Part shown: positions 23,699 to 36,449 of the stretch, piece by piece
Numbering within the stretch: position 1 is the first letter of the stretch
Layout: each line of letters starts with the position of its first letter
Assembly (NCBI GenBank): GCA_010909165.1
Contig: MU008180.1
Location: 371,884 to 435,883, forward strand
Origin: Anthoceros angustus
Lineage: Eukaryota; Plantae; Anthocerotophyta
Direction of reading: 5' to 3'
DNA: 64,000 nt
Notes under the pieces: generated by a model
Told to the model about the DNA's origin: nothing
The model's database searches: none
What the model saw: the letters and a program-made list of their open reading frames with translations, nothing else
Translations under genes and position numbers: made by a program

Positions 23699-25859
23699 AT
23701 CAATACACTCGGTCGTGATAACTTGAGTTCGGGGAGCGACCGGAATGGAAAACTCACCGGTGAAAGGAATTGAGACTTATCTTGCTGCAGGAGCAGCCAC
23801 ACCATTTCGAGATCGTAGGCATGCTTTCGCGCAAGGACCATGGAATCGAGTAATCGATGGACATTCTCACCAACAAACTTAACCCCTCTCTCGAAGCAGG
23901 ACAATAGTTAGTAATCTCTGACAAGGGACCCTCCACCAAGGGCACAGGTCGGGTGTCAACCCTTCTTCTCTTCCGAGCAAATTCAAGACGGGCATCCTCC
24001 TTGGATGAAAAGTGCCTTGGCGGTTTGGGAATGGACTTTTCGGCACCAAATATGTCCTCACTATGCACAAGGACACCGTCAACTTTACCATCATCCTGCA
24101 GAGGGTGGGTTGCGCAGAACGATGGCTGTTTTAACACGTTGTCGAGTGTACGGCTTGGACATGACTTGAGACAAAGGTGCACTTCTTGCCCGGTCCAAGC
24201 CCAGTGGGTTTTCTTTTAGAGCCATCGCAACACCGGAGAAGTCATCGAACAACGTTGAGATGTACAAACAACATAACAGATAACAAACGAAAAGAAAGAA
24301 CTCACATGCCTTGAACCGTCGGATGAGAACTGCTGGAAGGTCTAAAAGTTGATTATCGACGGTCTAGACAAGAGAGGATATGAAGTGCCCCAAAACACAA
24401 CTTGGGGCTAGACATTGTTAGAGTTGTTATTCCTTCCACTTTCTAAGGATGACACATAGAACACTCAAAATACACCACATATGGGAAAAATAAAGTGAAA
24501 ACCCTTTTTCAAGTACAACAAGAGTTAGACGTACAAACAACCATAGATGTACAACATATACATCAGACCACACAAGTAAAACAATCAACTGCTCATTGGA
24601 CAACACAGACTCATCCATGCCACACAACAACACATCTTTCTTGATTGGAATCAGGAAAACATCCAAAGATGTTCGGAGGCAAACCCTCCGAAACGTTGCA
24701 CACTTCAATACCTGCACATAAACACCGGTCTATGAGATTAAGCTCCAAGATATGCACACAATACACCATGCCCAATCCAGATTCACTTTTCAATGCACAC
24801 AAGTACAGATAAGCTGATTACCAAATCTACAGCAAACGGGGTCTTCAACGACAAAACACGATGTACAACGAAAAGAAAGAACTCACATGCCTTGAACAAC
24901 AAAGTCAACTTATAACGACTCTAAAGAGACAAACCGCTTAATACCATCGCTAAGCATTAATAAGCAAAAGCTACTTAAATGAATACATCTGCATCATATT
25001 CAAAGAGAATCAACCTGCATAAAAACAAAATATTGAAAGTTCACGAGACAAACAACCTTCAAAAGGAAGAAAGCAGTAGACGGATGATAACATACAACGA
25101 ACAACAACAACAAAGTAAGAACAACGCTTGATAAAAACTAAGTCACAACAACACTACACAGAGACAAACAAAGTACAGAAACCTTACGAACGAAGTCAAG
25201 TAGGATCACATGACAGAGAAGACAAGAAAACAAAGTAGACGGATGATAACATACAACGAAACCAGAGGACAACAATGGAGCATATATAGGGACACTTCCA
25301 ACAAGCAAACAAAAGGATTGAAACAGAAGGAGAAATAAAGATACTATTATCACAAATGCATCAGAACTGAACAGAACTCAACCGAGCTGCAACACTCAAA
25401 AGCTCTAAGTCAAAGAGAGTTACTGGTCGTTTTCATAAAAGGAACCAGAGGGACTGGTCGTTTTCATAAAAACGAAGCAGCCACCATTGACGCTGGCTTC
25501 AACAACAAACACGATGTACAACAAACAACAACAATACAGCAACAAGAAAAGGAACGGAGAGCGTATCGGCAAAGACAAATCGGATAACAATTGAGCATCA
25601 GAGACATCTTCTAGCAATATAGACAAGCACACACAGGCAAAGAACAAGATCAACATCGACCGGGGAAAGACACAAGCCGCGTAAGGCCAAGACCGGAAAG
25701 CGAGCGCCGAATACACTACCGCCGTAACATTGACAGCATCAAAACCGCACAAAACAACAAGAGCCAAAACAATAGACAAGGAGGCAACAGACAAGCGTAA
25801 GCGCAAATGAACAACGATTTCAAAAGGGAGCGATAGACCTTAACCTTTAGCGAGCGAAA

Positions 25860-26360
25860 CCTTGGCCTTGTGTCAAAACACCTTGGCCTTGGACTAAGCA
25901 ACAACCCGGCCTTAGAAGCAAAGACCTTGACCTTCGGGCCTGGAAACCTTGGCCTTGAAAAACAACCTTCAAAGCAGAGAGCAAAAGCGACTTTGCCTTG
26001 AACAAACTTACAGAGACCTTGGCCTTGAGCGAAGGCTCATAGGCCTTAGCCTTTGGAGAAGGCTGAAAGAACGCTCAAAAATTGAACAAAGGCCTAAGCC
26101 TAGCGAGCCTAAACACCTTGGCCTTGAAGGCGGCTACAAAAGGGCTTAGCCTTGGGCGAGCACAGAAACAACCTTGCTGCGAAACTAGAACTAGACAGCT
26201 CCTAAGCCTTGGGAGCAAAGCCTGGATGGCCTTGGCCTACGAAAGACAGCAGAGGCCGTGGCCTTCGAAACACAGAACGGAATACCTTGGCCTGCGAAAC
26301 TAAACACTGGACAAAACGCCTAAGCCTGCGGAGCAGAGGCTGGACCACTTGGGCCTTCGA
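25860..26360. repeat. Cluster of short CCTTGGCCTT-like motifs
   Basis: Roughly a dozen exact or near copies, e.g. 25861, 25884, 25948, 26017, 26118, 26287. Confidence 0.7.
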
Positions 26361-26400
26361 AAGGAAGAAAGCAAAAAGATCTTGGGCTTTGGAGAAGACG

Positions 26401-26424
26401 TTTATATAGGCCAGCAAACCCTAA
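26401..26424 (-). promoter_or_regulatory. Candidate TATA box (minus TATATAAA) adjacent to telo-box AAACCCTAA
   Basis: tttatata at 26401-26408 and aaaccctaa at 26416-26424. The TATA orientation points toward the recombinase gene. Confidence 0.38.
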
Positions 26425-26749
26425 ACATTCTCCCTCTGCCGGCGCCGCCGTTCTCTCTCTACCAAAGCTGATTTGAATTAACCGAACCTAAGATTCCGAG
26501 CCGGAATCCAAACTCATTTCGTCACGGTTTTACCGCCACTGCTCAACCAAACCTAGGTTACGGATTCCAAACCTAGCCTAACCGCACCAAACCTAATCTC
26601 CGAGCCCGAACGGGCGAAGTAAGCTACCGTCCAACCACATCACGCACTTACCGAACCATCTAGAACCCTAAGTTTTGACTTAGCCACATAGGGTTTACAT
26701 TCCGCCCGCCCAACCGCCCGCGGCTCTTCCTGAAGTCGATCTTGTGACC

Positions 26750-28860
26750 TTTGGCGGTCGGCATCATTCTGATCGAACCTTGCAGTGTGTTCCGCAGTTT
26801 GGCTGGCGTCCTCGGGGAAGCTCTGACGCAATCGGCTCCACTTTCCCTTCACTGCCCACCACACGTACCTGGCGTCTGATGGGCTTCTTTCTTCAGTCGC
26901 CTAGTCTCTGGTTCCAGTCCCTCAATTGCATGTGTCATTCAATTGCACTCTCTGATATTGGTTCTGCTAGAAACTATCTGATCAAGTCTCTTTTTGCAGC
27001 TCACACCGGTGGCATCCAGCTTACGCTTAGCTCCTGCCAGGCTGCTCTTCACCAAGTCGATGCTGACGACCTTTGGCGGTCGGCATCCGGGTTTACGATC
27101 GCTGCCTTCGCAGTGTGTTCCTGATTTGGGTGGTGTCCTCGGGAAGCTCGCAATCGGCTCCACTTTCCTTCATCTAGGTCGCCCACCACGCATCAAGCGT
27201 CGATGGGCTTCTTTCTTGATCGCCTAGTCTCGGTTCCAGTCCCTCAATTGCATGTGTCATTCAATTGCACTCGATATTGGTTCTGGAAACTATCTGATCA
27301 AGTCTCTTTTTGCAGCTCACACCGGTGGCATCTCGCTTACGCTTAGCTCCTGCCGCCGCCAATTGGACAACAAGAAGTCTCGTTTTGGCTTCCTCCGTAG
27401 GTGCGACAGTAACGTCGTGTCGGTTCTCCTTACCTCCTTCGTTTTACCCCTTTCGCCCACACCCAGCTATCTCGTGGGCTCTTCCTTCCAGCCTTTGTTT
27501 CGTGGATAAGCTTTAATTGCCGAATACTGCATCAACTGAATAACATTTGGCTTCTTTCTTCAAGTCTCTCGGTTCCAGTCCCTCAATTGCATGTGTCATT
27601 CAATTGCACTCTCTGATATTGGTTCTGCTGGAAACTATCTGATCAAGTCTCTTTTTGCAGCCCACACCGGTGGCATCCAGCTTACGCTTAGCTCCTGCCG
27701 CCGCCAATTGGACAACAAGAAGTCTCGTTTTGGCTTCCTCCGTAGGTGCGACGTCAAGCACAGTAACGTCGTGTCGGTTCTCCTTACCTCCTTCGTTTTA
27801 GCCCTTTCGCCCACACCCAGCTATCTCGTGGGCTCTTCCTTCCAGCCTTTGTTTGGATAAGCTTTAATTGCTGAGCAGTGCATCAACTGGAATAACATTT
27901 GGCTTCTTTCTTGATCGCCTAGTCTGGTTCCGGCCCTAGGTGTCATTCAATAGCACTCTCGACATCACCTGCTATCTATCGATCACGCCCCTTTTGCAGC
28001 CCACACCGGTGGCATCCACGCTTAGCTCACGCCAGCTCTTCACCAAGTCGATCTTGGCGACCTTTGGCGGTCGGCGGCATCCGTTCTGATCGTGCCTTCG
28101 CAGTGTGTGTTCCTGATTTGGGTGGTGTCCTCGAGGAAGCTCAGCGCAATCGGCTCCACTTTCCCTTCATCTAGTCGCCCACCACACGTGCACAGCGTCG
28201 ATGGGCTTCTTTCTTGATCGCCTAGTCTACGGTTCCAGTCCCTCAATTGCATGTGTCATTCAATTGCACTCTACGATATTGGTTCTGCTTGGAAACGATC
28301 AAGTCTCTTTTGCAGCTCACGGTGGCATCTCGCCACGCTTAGCTCCTGCCGCCAATTGGACAACAAGAAGTCTCGTTTGGCTTCCTCGTGGTGTCAAGAT
28401 GTGCGTGTCGGTTCTCCTTACCTCCTTCGTTTTAGCCCTTTCGCCCACACCCAGCTATCTCGTGGGCTCTTCCTTCCAGCCTTTGTTTCGTGGATAAGCT
28501 TTAATTGCTGAACGGCGCTGGCATCAACCTGGAATAACATTTGGGCTTCTTTCTTCAGTCGCCTAGTCTCTGGTTCCAGCCCCTAGGTGTCATTCAATAG
28601 CACTCTCTGATACTGGTTCTGCGCAATCTATCTGATCACGTCCCTTTTGCAGCCCACACCGGTGGCATCCAGTTTACGCTTAGCTCCTGCCGCCGCCAAT
28701 AGGACAACAAGAAGTCTCGTTTTGCTTCCTCCGTAGGTACGATGTCAAGCACACTAATGTCGTGTCGGTTCTCCTTACCTCCTGTTTTAGCCCTTTCGCC
28801 CACACCCAGCTATCTTGTGGGCTCTTCCTTCCAGCCTTTGCGTTGTGGATAAGCTTTCAT
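26750..28860 (+). repeat. Higher-order tandem repeat of three subunits (A1 ~170, A2 ~140, B ~200 bp)
   Basis: Order A1-A2-A1-A2-B-A2-B-A2-A1-A2-B-A2-B. Markers: ttggcggtcggc (A1), gtcattcaat(t/a)gcactc (A2), gccaattggacaacaagaagtctcg (B). Confidence 0.88.
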
Positions 28861-30591
28861 TGCTGTTGTGATTTTGCTGAAAAAACTGCCTTCTTATCCT
28901 GTGATTAGTGACTGCAGAAAGTTTCAGAGCCCAGCGCTGCACAAAGCCCCTTTAGGGTACAGCGTTGCAAGAAGCCCTCAGGGACATTAACAACCCTCCA
29001 GGTAGCGAAACTGGCCTTATTATCCTTTTCTTGTTTCCTTTTTCAAAGTCGGGCTACTGGTGATCAGTCTCAAGTTGTTGCTCTCTTGGTTCTTGTTTTG
29101 CTCTGTCATTGTTTTACTATTCCTTCTTACCCACATGGCTTGTCCCTGCCAGGTACCACTCTCTCCCTTCGGCGTGTCTGACCTGTGCATCCGACTGTAG
29201 GAGTTCCCAATTTCTGGGTTGCTTTGTATACCGAGGTGTAAGCCAGAGAGGCTCTTTGCCTGTACTTTGCTATAGTTGTCACACGTCACCAGTCCTCTTT
29301 TCGTGTGTTGGTCAGATTACTTCAAGTTTCTCTCGATACCGAAAAGGACCAGGTTTGTAAATCTAAATTGGTCTCCTGTCACATCCTCATTAGTTGGGCC
29401 TGATTGGTAAACTTGCATGGAGTCTTTGGTGGGCTAGTGTTTTTCAATGTGTTACATTTGTTATGCACTTAATAAACTCACGCCCTTCTCCTCCTCCAGG
29501 AATTCGAGTGTGGAACGCAAAAGTTTGGGCAACCAGTCCAAACTGGCCAGAAGACGAACAAGTTTGATTTTTTTTGGCTAAGACCGATTGAAGAGGAACA
29601 TGCGAGGAAAACTTCAAGATCTTGGAACTAGAGTTGTGGAATATTGTTAGGAAGGCAAAAGGATATCCCAGAGGAAAACGGGTCAAGCGATTTGCGCGTG
29701 GCACCGAAAGGTTGGTGGTGGCGGACTACCACCGTACCACACCTACGAGCCCGAGTAAGGAGCAGACCATCATGTAAGCATCACGCGTAGGTGACAAATC
29801 TCCAAAAGGAAACTTAGAATAAAGGGGATATCCACTATATATGCTCATCAATAGGGATAAATATATAGAGTAATTAGCAAGAGATTAATTAGGATAGCGG
29901 TAGGAAAATAGGTAGTATAGATATTAGGATTTTGTGAATGATGCACAATCTAGGGTTGTGTGGCCAGTGGCGCATCCAAAGGCAAAGTGCGCTTTGGGGC
30001 GCCAACTTCCTTCGAGCTAAGGCGAACTACCCCAAGAGATCGAGCCGGAGCGCAAAGAAGGAAGGAGAAGGCGCCATTGCCGCGCGCGACGCGCGAGGAG
30101 AGGAAGGCGCGAAGGAGAAGACCCCTAGTGGAAAAGGAGAAGAGAGGCGGCGGTGAGCGCTCAGCAAGCTCTTGAACAGGGAAAAGGGACACATTGAAGG
30201 AGCCACCGCAGAGAGCGGATGGAGCGCCGAAGCAAAGGCAAGGTGAAGGAGAGTGAGAGTAGAAGGAGGAAAATCGCGACCACCTGCCGGCGGCGCCTGG
30301 CTTAGGGAGAAGAAATCAAGAGGGGAAATCGGCAGCAGCCAGGAGGCTCAAGACAGGGCTAACGTGTGCTTGTGCCTCAGGTCGGGAGTCGCTGCCTGCG
30401 ACGAGAAAAGGAGTGTTTGGAGGTGAAGCTTGGAGCACACAACGCTTGGAATTGGGAAGTAATCCTCTTTGCTAGGAGCGTGGGAGTAAGGAAGGTGCCA
30501 TGCCTCGAGCTGGAAAAGGCAAGGGAAGGAGCCGCCTGGCAAGGGCTCTCCTCGCGAGGAGAAAAGGAAAGAAAGCAGCAGTGGGCCCGCT

Positions 30592-31356
30592 GTGGGAGGT
30601 GAACTTGTGATGCCCCAATTCACTTGCTTTGCGGGCAGCCAACCCCGAGATTTGGTTGATTTTCTGCAAGGAGGAGGAGAACATCCACTAGGATGGGTGT
30701 ATGGCCGCCAATGGGCCTACACCAATTTGGAATTGATTGAGGAGTGTTACATCAACCTCCATCAATCGGAAGCGCCCGCCGCACGGAAGGAATGCTAGAA
30801 CGGATCCGCTGGACCGTGGAGTATTCGACAGTGTATGGAAGACCGGAGGAAGAGAGCTCGAATTGCTCTCCTCGAAAGGTCGAATGGAGGAAGAGGACCC
30901 TCCGACATCCCGCAGGAGTTCCTTGACATGATGGATGGAGGAGTGAAGGCCCACGCCAAGAATGGCGGAAGACCGAGAGCATCAAGGAGTCAAGTGGAGG
31001 CTCTTCGCAAAGATTGTGCTGGGGTTGGTAAATTACCAACGCACTTCTTATTTCAAAGACCAACTTCCTCCAATTTTGTGGAAGATTTCCATGGGAGCCA
31101 AGCCGATTGGGGACTATCATGTATGAAGCGTACATACACCATCGAGAGAAGCTCCTCAAGCCAAATTCGGTGGATGAGGAAGGCCAATATACCTCAGCAC
31201 CTATTTGGTGCATTTATGGGAAACCGAGGGACTCTCACAAGCAAGGAGCTTGAAGATGCATGGCATCCCTTTGAGGTCATCCACCTCCGAGGTTGGAAAG
31301 GCCTTTGCCTTTTGCATTGCGAAGACGGTGGGAGGTCGACCTCCACAAAATGCTAG
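30592..31356 (+). pseudogene. Putative Athila/Tat-type 3' accessory (env-like) ORF remnant
   Basis: WAYTNLELIEECYINL resembles the 'LI.EFY.NL' motif of Athila-type accessory ORFs. It lies upstream of a PPT + LTR. Confidence 0.42.
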
Positions 31357-33601
31357 AAGCAAGAGGAGAAGGTCGGAGGCAACAAAGTTGCCGGAGTGGG
31401 AATCCTTTCCCCTGTGAGCAAGCAAGGGAGAGCAAGAGGAAGGCCGAGGAAGGCCGAATGGTGGTCTATGAGAGAAGGACCACGGGAGGGGTGACCCCAA
31501 GGGTGGGGAGTCCCCACCATCTCCTTTGTGCCTACGAGAGAGGCACCCTGCACTACCAGGGAGGCCACCCAAGGGGTGGGCACCACTGAGCCACCACCAT
31601 GGTAGGTAGGCGACTACCAGGGGGAGCAGCCCACAGGCGGGGTGCACCCCACGCCCGCCAGAAACAGCCTCACGGTGGAAGGGAAGGAGAAGCGCGAGGT
31701 GCCGCGAGCGGCGCTGGCCACCATCTCCGCTGGGTGGGGAGAGCGGATGGAGCGGCAGTGAAGGGGCCACGCGATGGCCCGGGGTGCAGGAGAGCTGGAA
31801 ATTTCCAGCGAAGAAAGAGGGTGGAATTAGGACCCCTAGGAGAATTGCTGAGCTTGTGAAGCACTCACCGTGGATTTGAAGGGGCTAGGGACCTAGCAGC
31901 CTCCTTGTGGGCATGCCAAGAGGAAGTGAAATCTCAAGACATGGCCGGAGGAAGGCAGGACCAAATGGCAATTGGAGGCCATGGAGTCCGATGAAAAGGC
32001 AGCCAAGCCGAAAGGTCAGGAGAAGCTCCAGCGACCTCATGGATGGCCGAGAAGGTCTGAGGAAGGTTGTCAAGTCAAGAAAGAGCCATTCGGCAACCAC
32101 CCAACGGATTCATGGAGATGTATAAGGAGCATTTTGCCCAATTAGAGCAAGAGAAGGGCAAAACAGAGGCTCGGAAGGAGAAGGTAGCGGTCCAAAGAAT
32201 GGCAGAGAGTGTGATGGCTACTCAAGCCATCAAAATCCGGACATGGGAAGAGTTGAGAAGGACCCAGTAATTTGGAAGAAGCGGAGAAGGAGAAGCTCAA
32301 GATCACAAGAATTAGGCGCGGGAAGATGCTTGGCAAGCGGAGAAGGAGGCTTGCCAGCAATAGGAATTGGAACAAAGGAGGTCCAGAGGAGGAGCGCCAC
32401 AAGAAGGTGGTGCAGAATCTTGGTAGTGAGAGCGATTTTGGGCGGACTATGCCCTTCGTGCAAAATTGGCCAGCCAATAAAGGAAGTGAGGGAGGAGAAT
32501 GACCTCCATGTCAAGGTGGGGAATTGACCACCTCAAGGGACGCCTACAAGGTAGGTGTGAAGATGGAGAGTGGCCCACGGAGATTGATGATCTCCAAATG
32601 CAATATCATAGCTTGGGGCTCACCTCCACAATAGAATTTTGAAGGCCAACAATGAGATCTTACGGTTGGCCAAGAGGAGGACATTGGGTCCTCATGATGA
32701 TGAAGGAGCTGCAACAAGTGCAGGAGGCCTCCGATTTTGATGAGGCCATCAAATGGACTCCGAGGAACTGAGGAGGAGGAGGAGACCGTGGCCGTGGGGT
32801 AGAGAGGCGCGAGAGCAAGGAGGGGAAAGCCCACCTCGGGGTCAACCTACTGGTGACCACCCTACCACGGTAGTCCGCCAGACTACCGTGGTAGGCGACT
32901 ACCACGGTAGTCCGCCATCACCGGTAGGGTCACCCAAGGGAGGAGCGGCCGTGGCGCCAAGGCCCCGCAAGATGAAGGAGCCGGGGTCCGAGTATACCCC
33001 TGAGGAGCAGCTGGGTGGTGGGAGAGACAACCCCACCGGAGGAGACTAAGGACGGGTCCGACCTCGAGGAAGGAGGGTGAGAAGTTCCCTCCCCGATAAG
33101 GGAGGAACCGGACCCGAGGAGGAGACCAACGCAAAAAGGGCCGGAGAGTTAGGAAGATCGCATGGTGGGGGAAGACTTAGGGTGCTCTATGATAGGTATG
33201 GACAAATCAACAAGGCAAGAGCAATGAGAGACTCAAGAAACCCTCACCGGGAGAGAAGGAAGGAAGAAGGAGATAGGGGACCGACTACCATGGTAGGTAG
33301 TCACCCCCGTAGTCCGCCGACTACCGCGGTAGGGTGCGATGAACGGGCGCGACCAGCGAGAGGCCGGAGAAAAAGGGCCGGAGAGTTAGGAAGAACTTCT
33401 GGTGGAGGCGGAGGAATCAGGCGCCGCCCGGAGATGGAGGAAGGGGCAGATTGTACTTGCCCCACACATCGAAGGCGACAAGATCCGGGAAGGGCAAGAG
33501 CAAAAGGAGGCGAGGGAGCCAATCCACACAGGCCTCACCATAGGTGAAGACTAAGAATGGTCAATGACCATAAATGAGCTTTGGAAGAATAGGAAGGACG
33601 G

Positions 33602-35694
33602 TGATGTAACGACATCCTTCAAGGATGGTCTTAGGTGAAGTTACTAGAATAGAATTTACCAAGGATGCATAATAGATTTAGGTGCCGGACATTAAATGTC
33701 CGTAGGAAATAATAGAAAATTGGAAAAGGTGACTGCAGAGGGTCACCCAAGGGAGGTTGTATGTGGAAGGCCTCCTATAAGAGGAGGAGGATTTCACAAA
33801 GTAAAGTATCATGTCTTGCGCCCACGCTCATCGAGTCCTTTGCCATTACAGAGGAATTTCGTGCGGTGTGAGCCAACACAGTCTAGAGAGGAAGTCGCGG
33901 TGGTCGGAGTGCTTGGTGGAGGACTTGCTCACGCAAGTGCCTAAACGAGTTGCTCCCCTTGTGAATGGTTGTGAAATTGCTTTGCTTTGGGTGTGTGGCA
34001 AATGCCGGAGAACTCTCGGCTTGAGGGTAGACTACGGGAAAGACTCGGAGGTTCTCATTGGTGTCAAACTCATAGCAACCGCCCAAGGAAGAACTTGGTG
34101 GAGGCGACCCAGGCGGTTGTGCCGTAAGGGCGAGTCGAAACCAGAAGCCCGAATCGAGGTTAGAATAGGAGGAAGAGGATGAGGAGATGAGAAGATGAGT
34201 AGAGGATTAGAGGTGTAGGTGTTAGTGGAAGGCCACAGGCGAGCCTAAGGGACGAATCCCAACTGCAAGTAAAGAGCGCCCCGAGTGGAGAAGAGTGGTC
34301 TTAAGTAGGGACGAAATCGCGGTGTGGATCGGGGGTCCCCGGCGCCGTGATAGGCTCCTCGCCGAGGTGACCGCAATTGTTTTGTGTCGCTGTAGGTCGA
34401 GGATTGGCGATTTTTGAGCGTGCAAGTGGTGCACTGTAAGAGGGAGAGTAGAGGCGCCTTGCTTGTTTAGAAGGTGAAGTGTGTCCTGCGGTGGCGATCG
34501 GGCATCACAAGGCCTCGAACTTTCACACAAGTCTCATGGGACGAAACCCAACGACGGCGACAAAGGTGGGAAGGGCAAGAGCAAAAGGAGGCGAGGGAGC
34601 CAATCACAGGGACATGTCACCAGCGAGGTGAAGACTAGAATGGTCAAGACCATAAATGCTAGGTAGAAGAATAGGAAGGACGGTGATGTAAGACATCCTT
34701 CAAGGATGGTCTTAGGTGAAGTTACTAGAATAGAATTTACCAAGGATCGGACAATAGACTTAGGTGCGGACATTAAATCTTGGTAGGAAATAATAGAAAA
34801 TTGGAAAAGGTGACTGCAGAGGGTCACCCAAGGGAGGTGTATGTGGAAGGCCTCCTATAAGAGGAGGAGGATTTCACAAAGTAAAGTATCATGTCTTGCG
34901 CTTCCACGCTCATCGAGTCCTTTGCCATTCTGAATTTCGTGCTGTGAGCCAACACGTCTGTAGAGAGGAAGTCGCGGTGGTCGGAGTGCTTGGTGGAGGA
35001 CTTGCTCTGCAAGTGCCTAACGAGTTGCTCCCCTTGTGAATGGTTGCTGTGAAATTGCTTTGCTTTGGGTGTGTGGCAAATGCCCAGAACTCTCGGCTTG
35101 AGGGTAGACTGGAAAGACTCCAGGTTCTCGTCGTGTCAAACTCATAGCAACCGCCCAAGGAAGAACTTCTGGTGGAGGCGGACCCAGGCGGTTGTGCCGT
35201 AAGGGCGAGTCGAAACCAGAAGCCCGAGGTTAGAATAGGAGGAAGAGGATGAGAGATGAGAAGATGAGTAGAGGATTAGAGGTGTAGGTGTTAGTGGAAG
35301 GCCACAGAGCCTAAGGGACGAATCCCAAATGCAAGTAAAGAGCGCCCCGAGTGGAGAAGAGTGGTCTTAGAAGTAGGGACGAAATCGCGTGTGGATCGGG
35401 GGTCCCCGGCGCCGTGATAGGCTCCTCGGCTGGCCGAGGCGGGACCTGCAATTGTTTTGTCGTTGTGGGTCGAGGTTGGCGATTTTTTGTGCAAGTGGTG
35501 CACTGTAAGAGGGAGAGTAGAGGCGCCTTGCTTGTTTAGAAGGTGAGAAGTGTGTCTGCAGTGGCGATCGGGCATCACAAGACCTCGAACTTTCACACAA
35601 GTCTCATGGGACGAAACCCAACGTCTGGCGGAGTGGGATAAGTGTGGCCGCTTATAGTGGGAGGACCTCGGGAGTGCCCCTTTTCCCTACCACA
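33602..35694 (+). repeat. Ty3/gypsy LTR (~1.0 kb) within a ~1.08-kb tandem duplication (33487-34567 / 34568-35623)
   Basis: PPT-like ggaagaataggaaggacgg precedes tgatgtaa at 33602 and 34684. The complete copy ends ...taccaca at 35694 and is followed by a PBS. Confidence 0.78.
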
Positions 35695-35698
35695 TTTT

Positions 35699-35708
35699 TG
35701 GCGCCGCT
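35699..35708 (+). promoter_or_regulatory. Primer-binding site, TGGCGCCGCT (tRNA-Asp-like, Athila type)
   Basis: Located 4 nt after the LTR end and upstream of gag. Confidence 0.7.
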
Positions 35709-36449
35709 GGGATTTGTTGTTGAAAGTTGAAGTTTTGTGGTTTCCATCGCTAGGCTGAAATGTTTTCAAAGGGACCGAGGGTACCATAGGGTGAGAAGGA
35801 AGCCGCCTAAGTTGTCATAGGGGTGAATGGTTGAGACACTAAAGGGGTGTGATTTGCTTCTTCTTAACACCGTGGGTTGGAGGACATGAGGATGGTTGCG
35901 ATGTCGTAGGGGTCGATCTCGGGAGATACACGCGAAGGTCACCTCACATCGCAAGAGATTTACGAGCTTGCGAAGAAATCTAAGGAAGAGACTACCGCCG
36001 CCACTCGAGGCGGCGGAGGAAGTAGAGTCACGAGGACGTGGAGGAAGTCGCGACTCCAAGGCGCGGAGGTGCGGAGCAGCGGACGGAGTGGAGGAGGAAG
36101 AGGCGAGATCACCGACCGAGGAAGGAGGTCGAGAAGAGAAATTGGTGTCCGGCGGAAGGCGCACTCCTCCGAGCACGAGTTTTCACAACCGCCGCGAACG
36201 CCCGCGACGCTTTGCTTCTCAAAGCGGTGATACCACCAACTTCCCGAATCTGACGACGAGGTCGCCGAGCGGGAATTTCGTTGGTCGGAGGATTTGGCGG
36301 AACGACTCGATCGAATCTCCGATCGATTGATCTTTGGGACGACTAGAGGGAGGTCGCTACTCCTCGGTAGAAGATTTCGTGCTCAAGGATCCCGATTTGT
36401 TTCGTTACCCGGCGAGAGGAAGGAGGAAGAGGCGGAACGCCCGACGAGC

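Noticed and set aside
29769-30600. Separate solo LTR starting tgtaagcatc
   Set aside because: It is LTR-like in composition, but no CA end, TSD, PBS or second copy could be identified.
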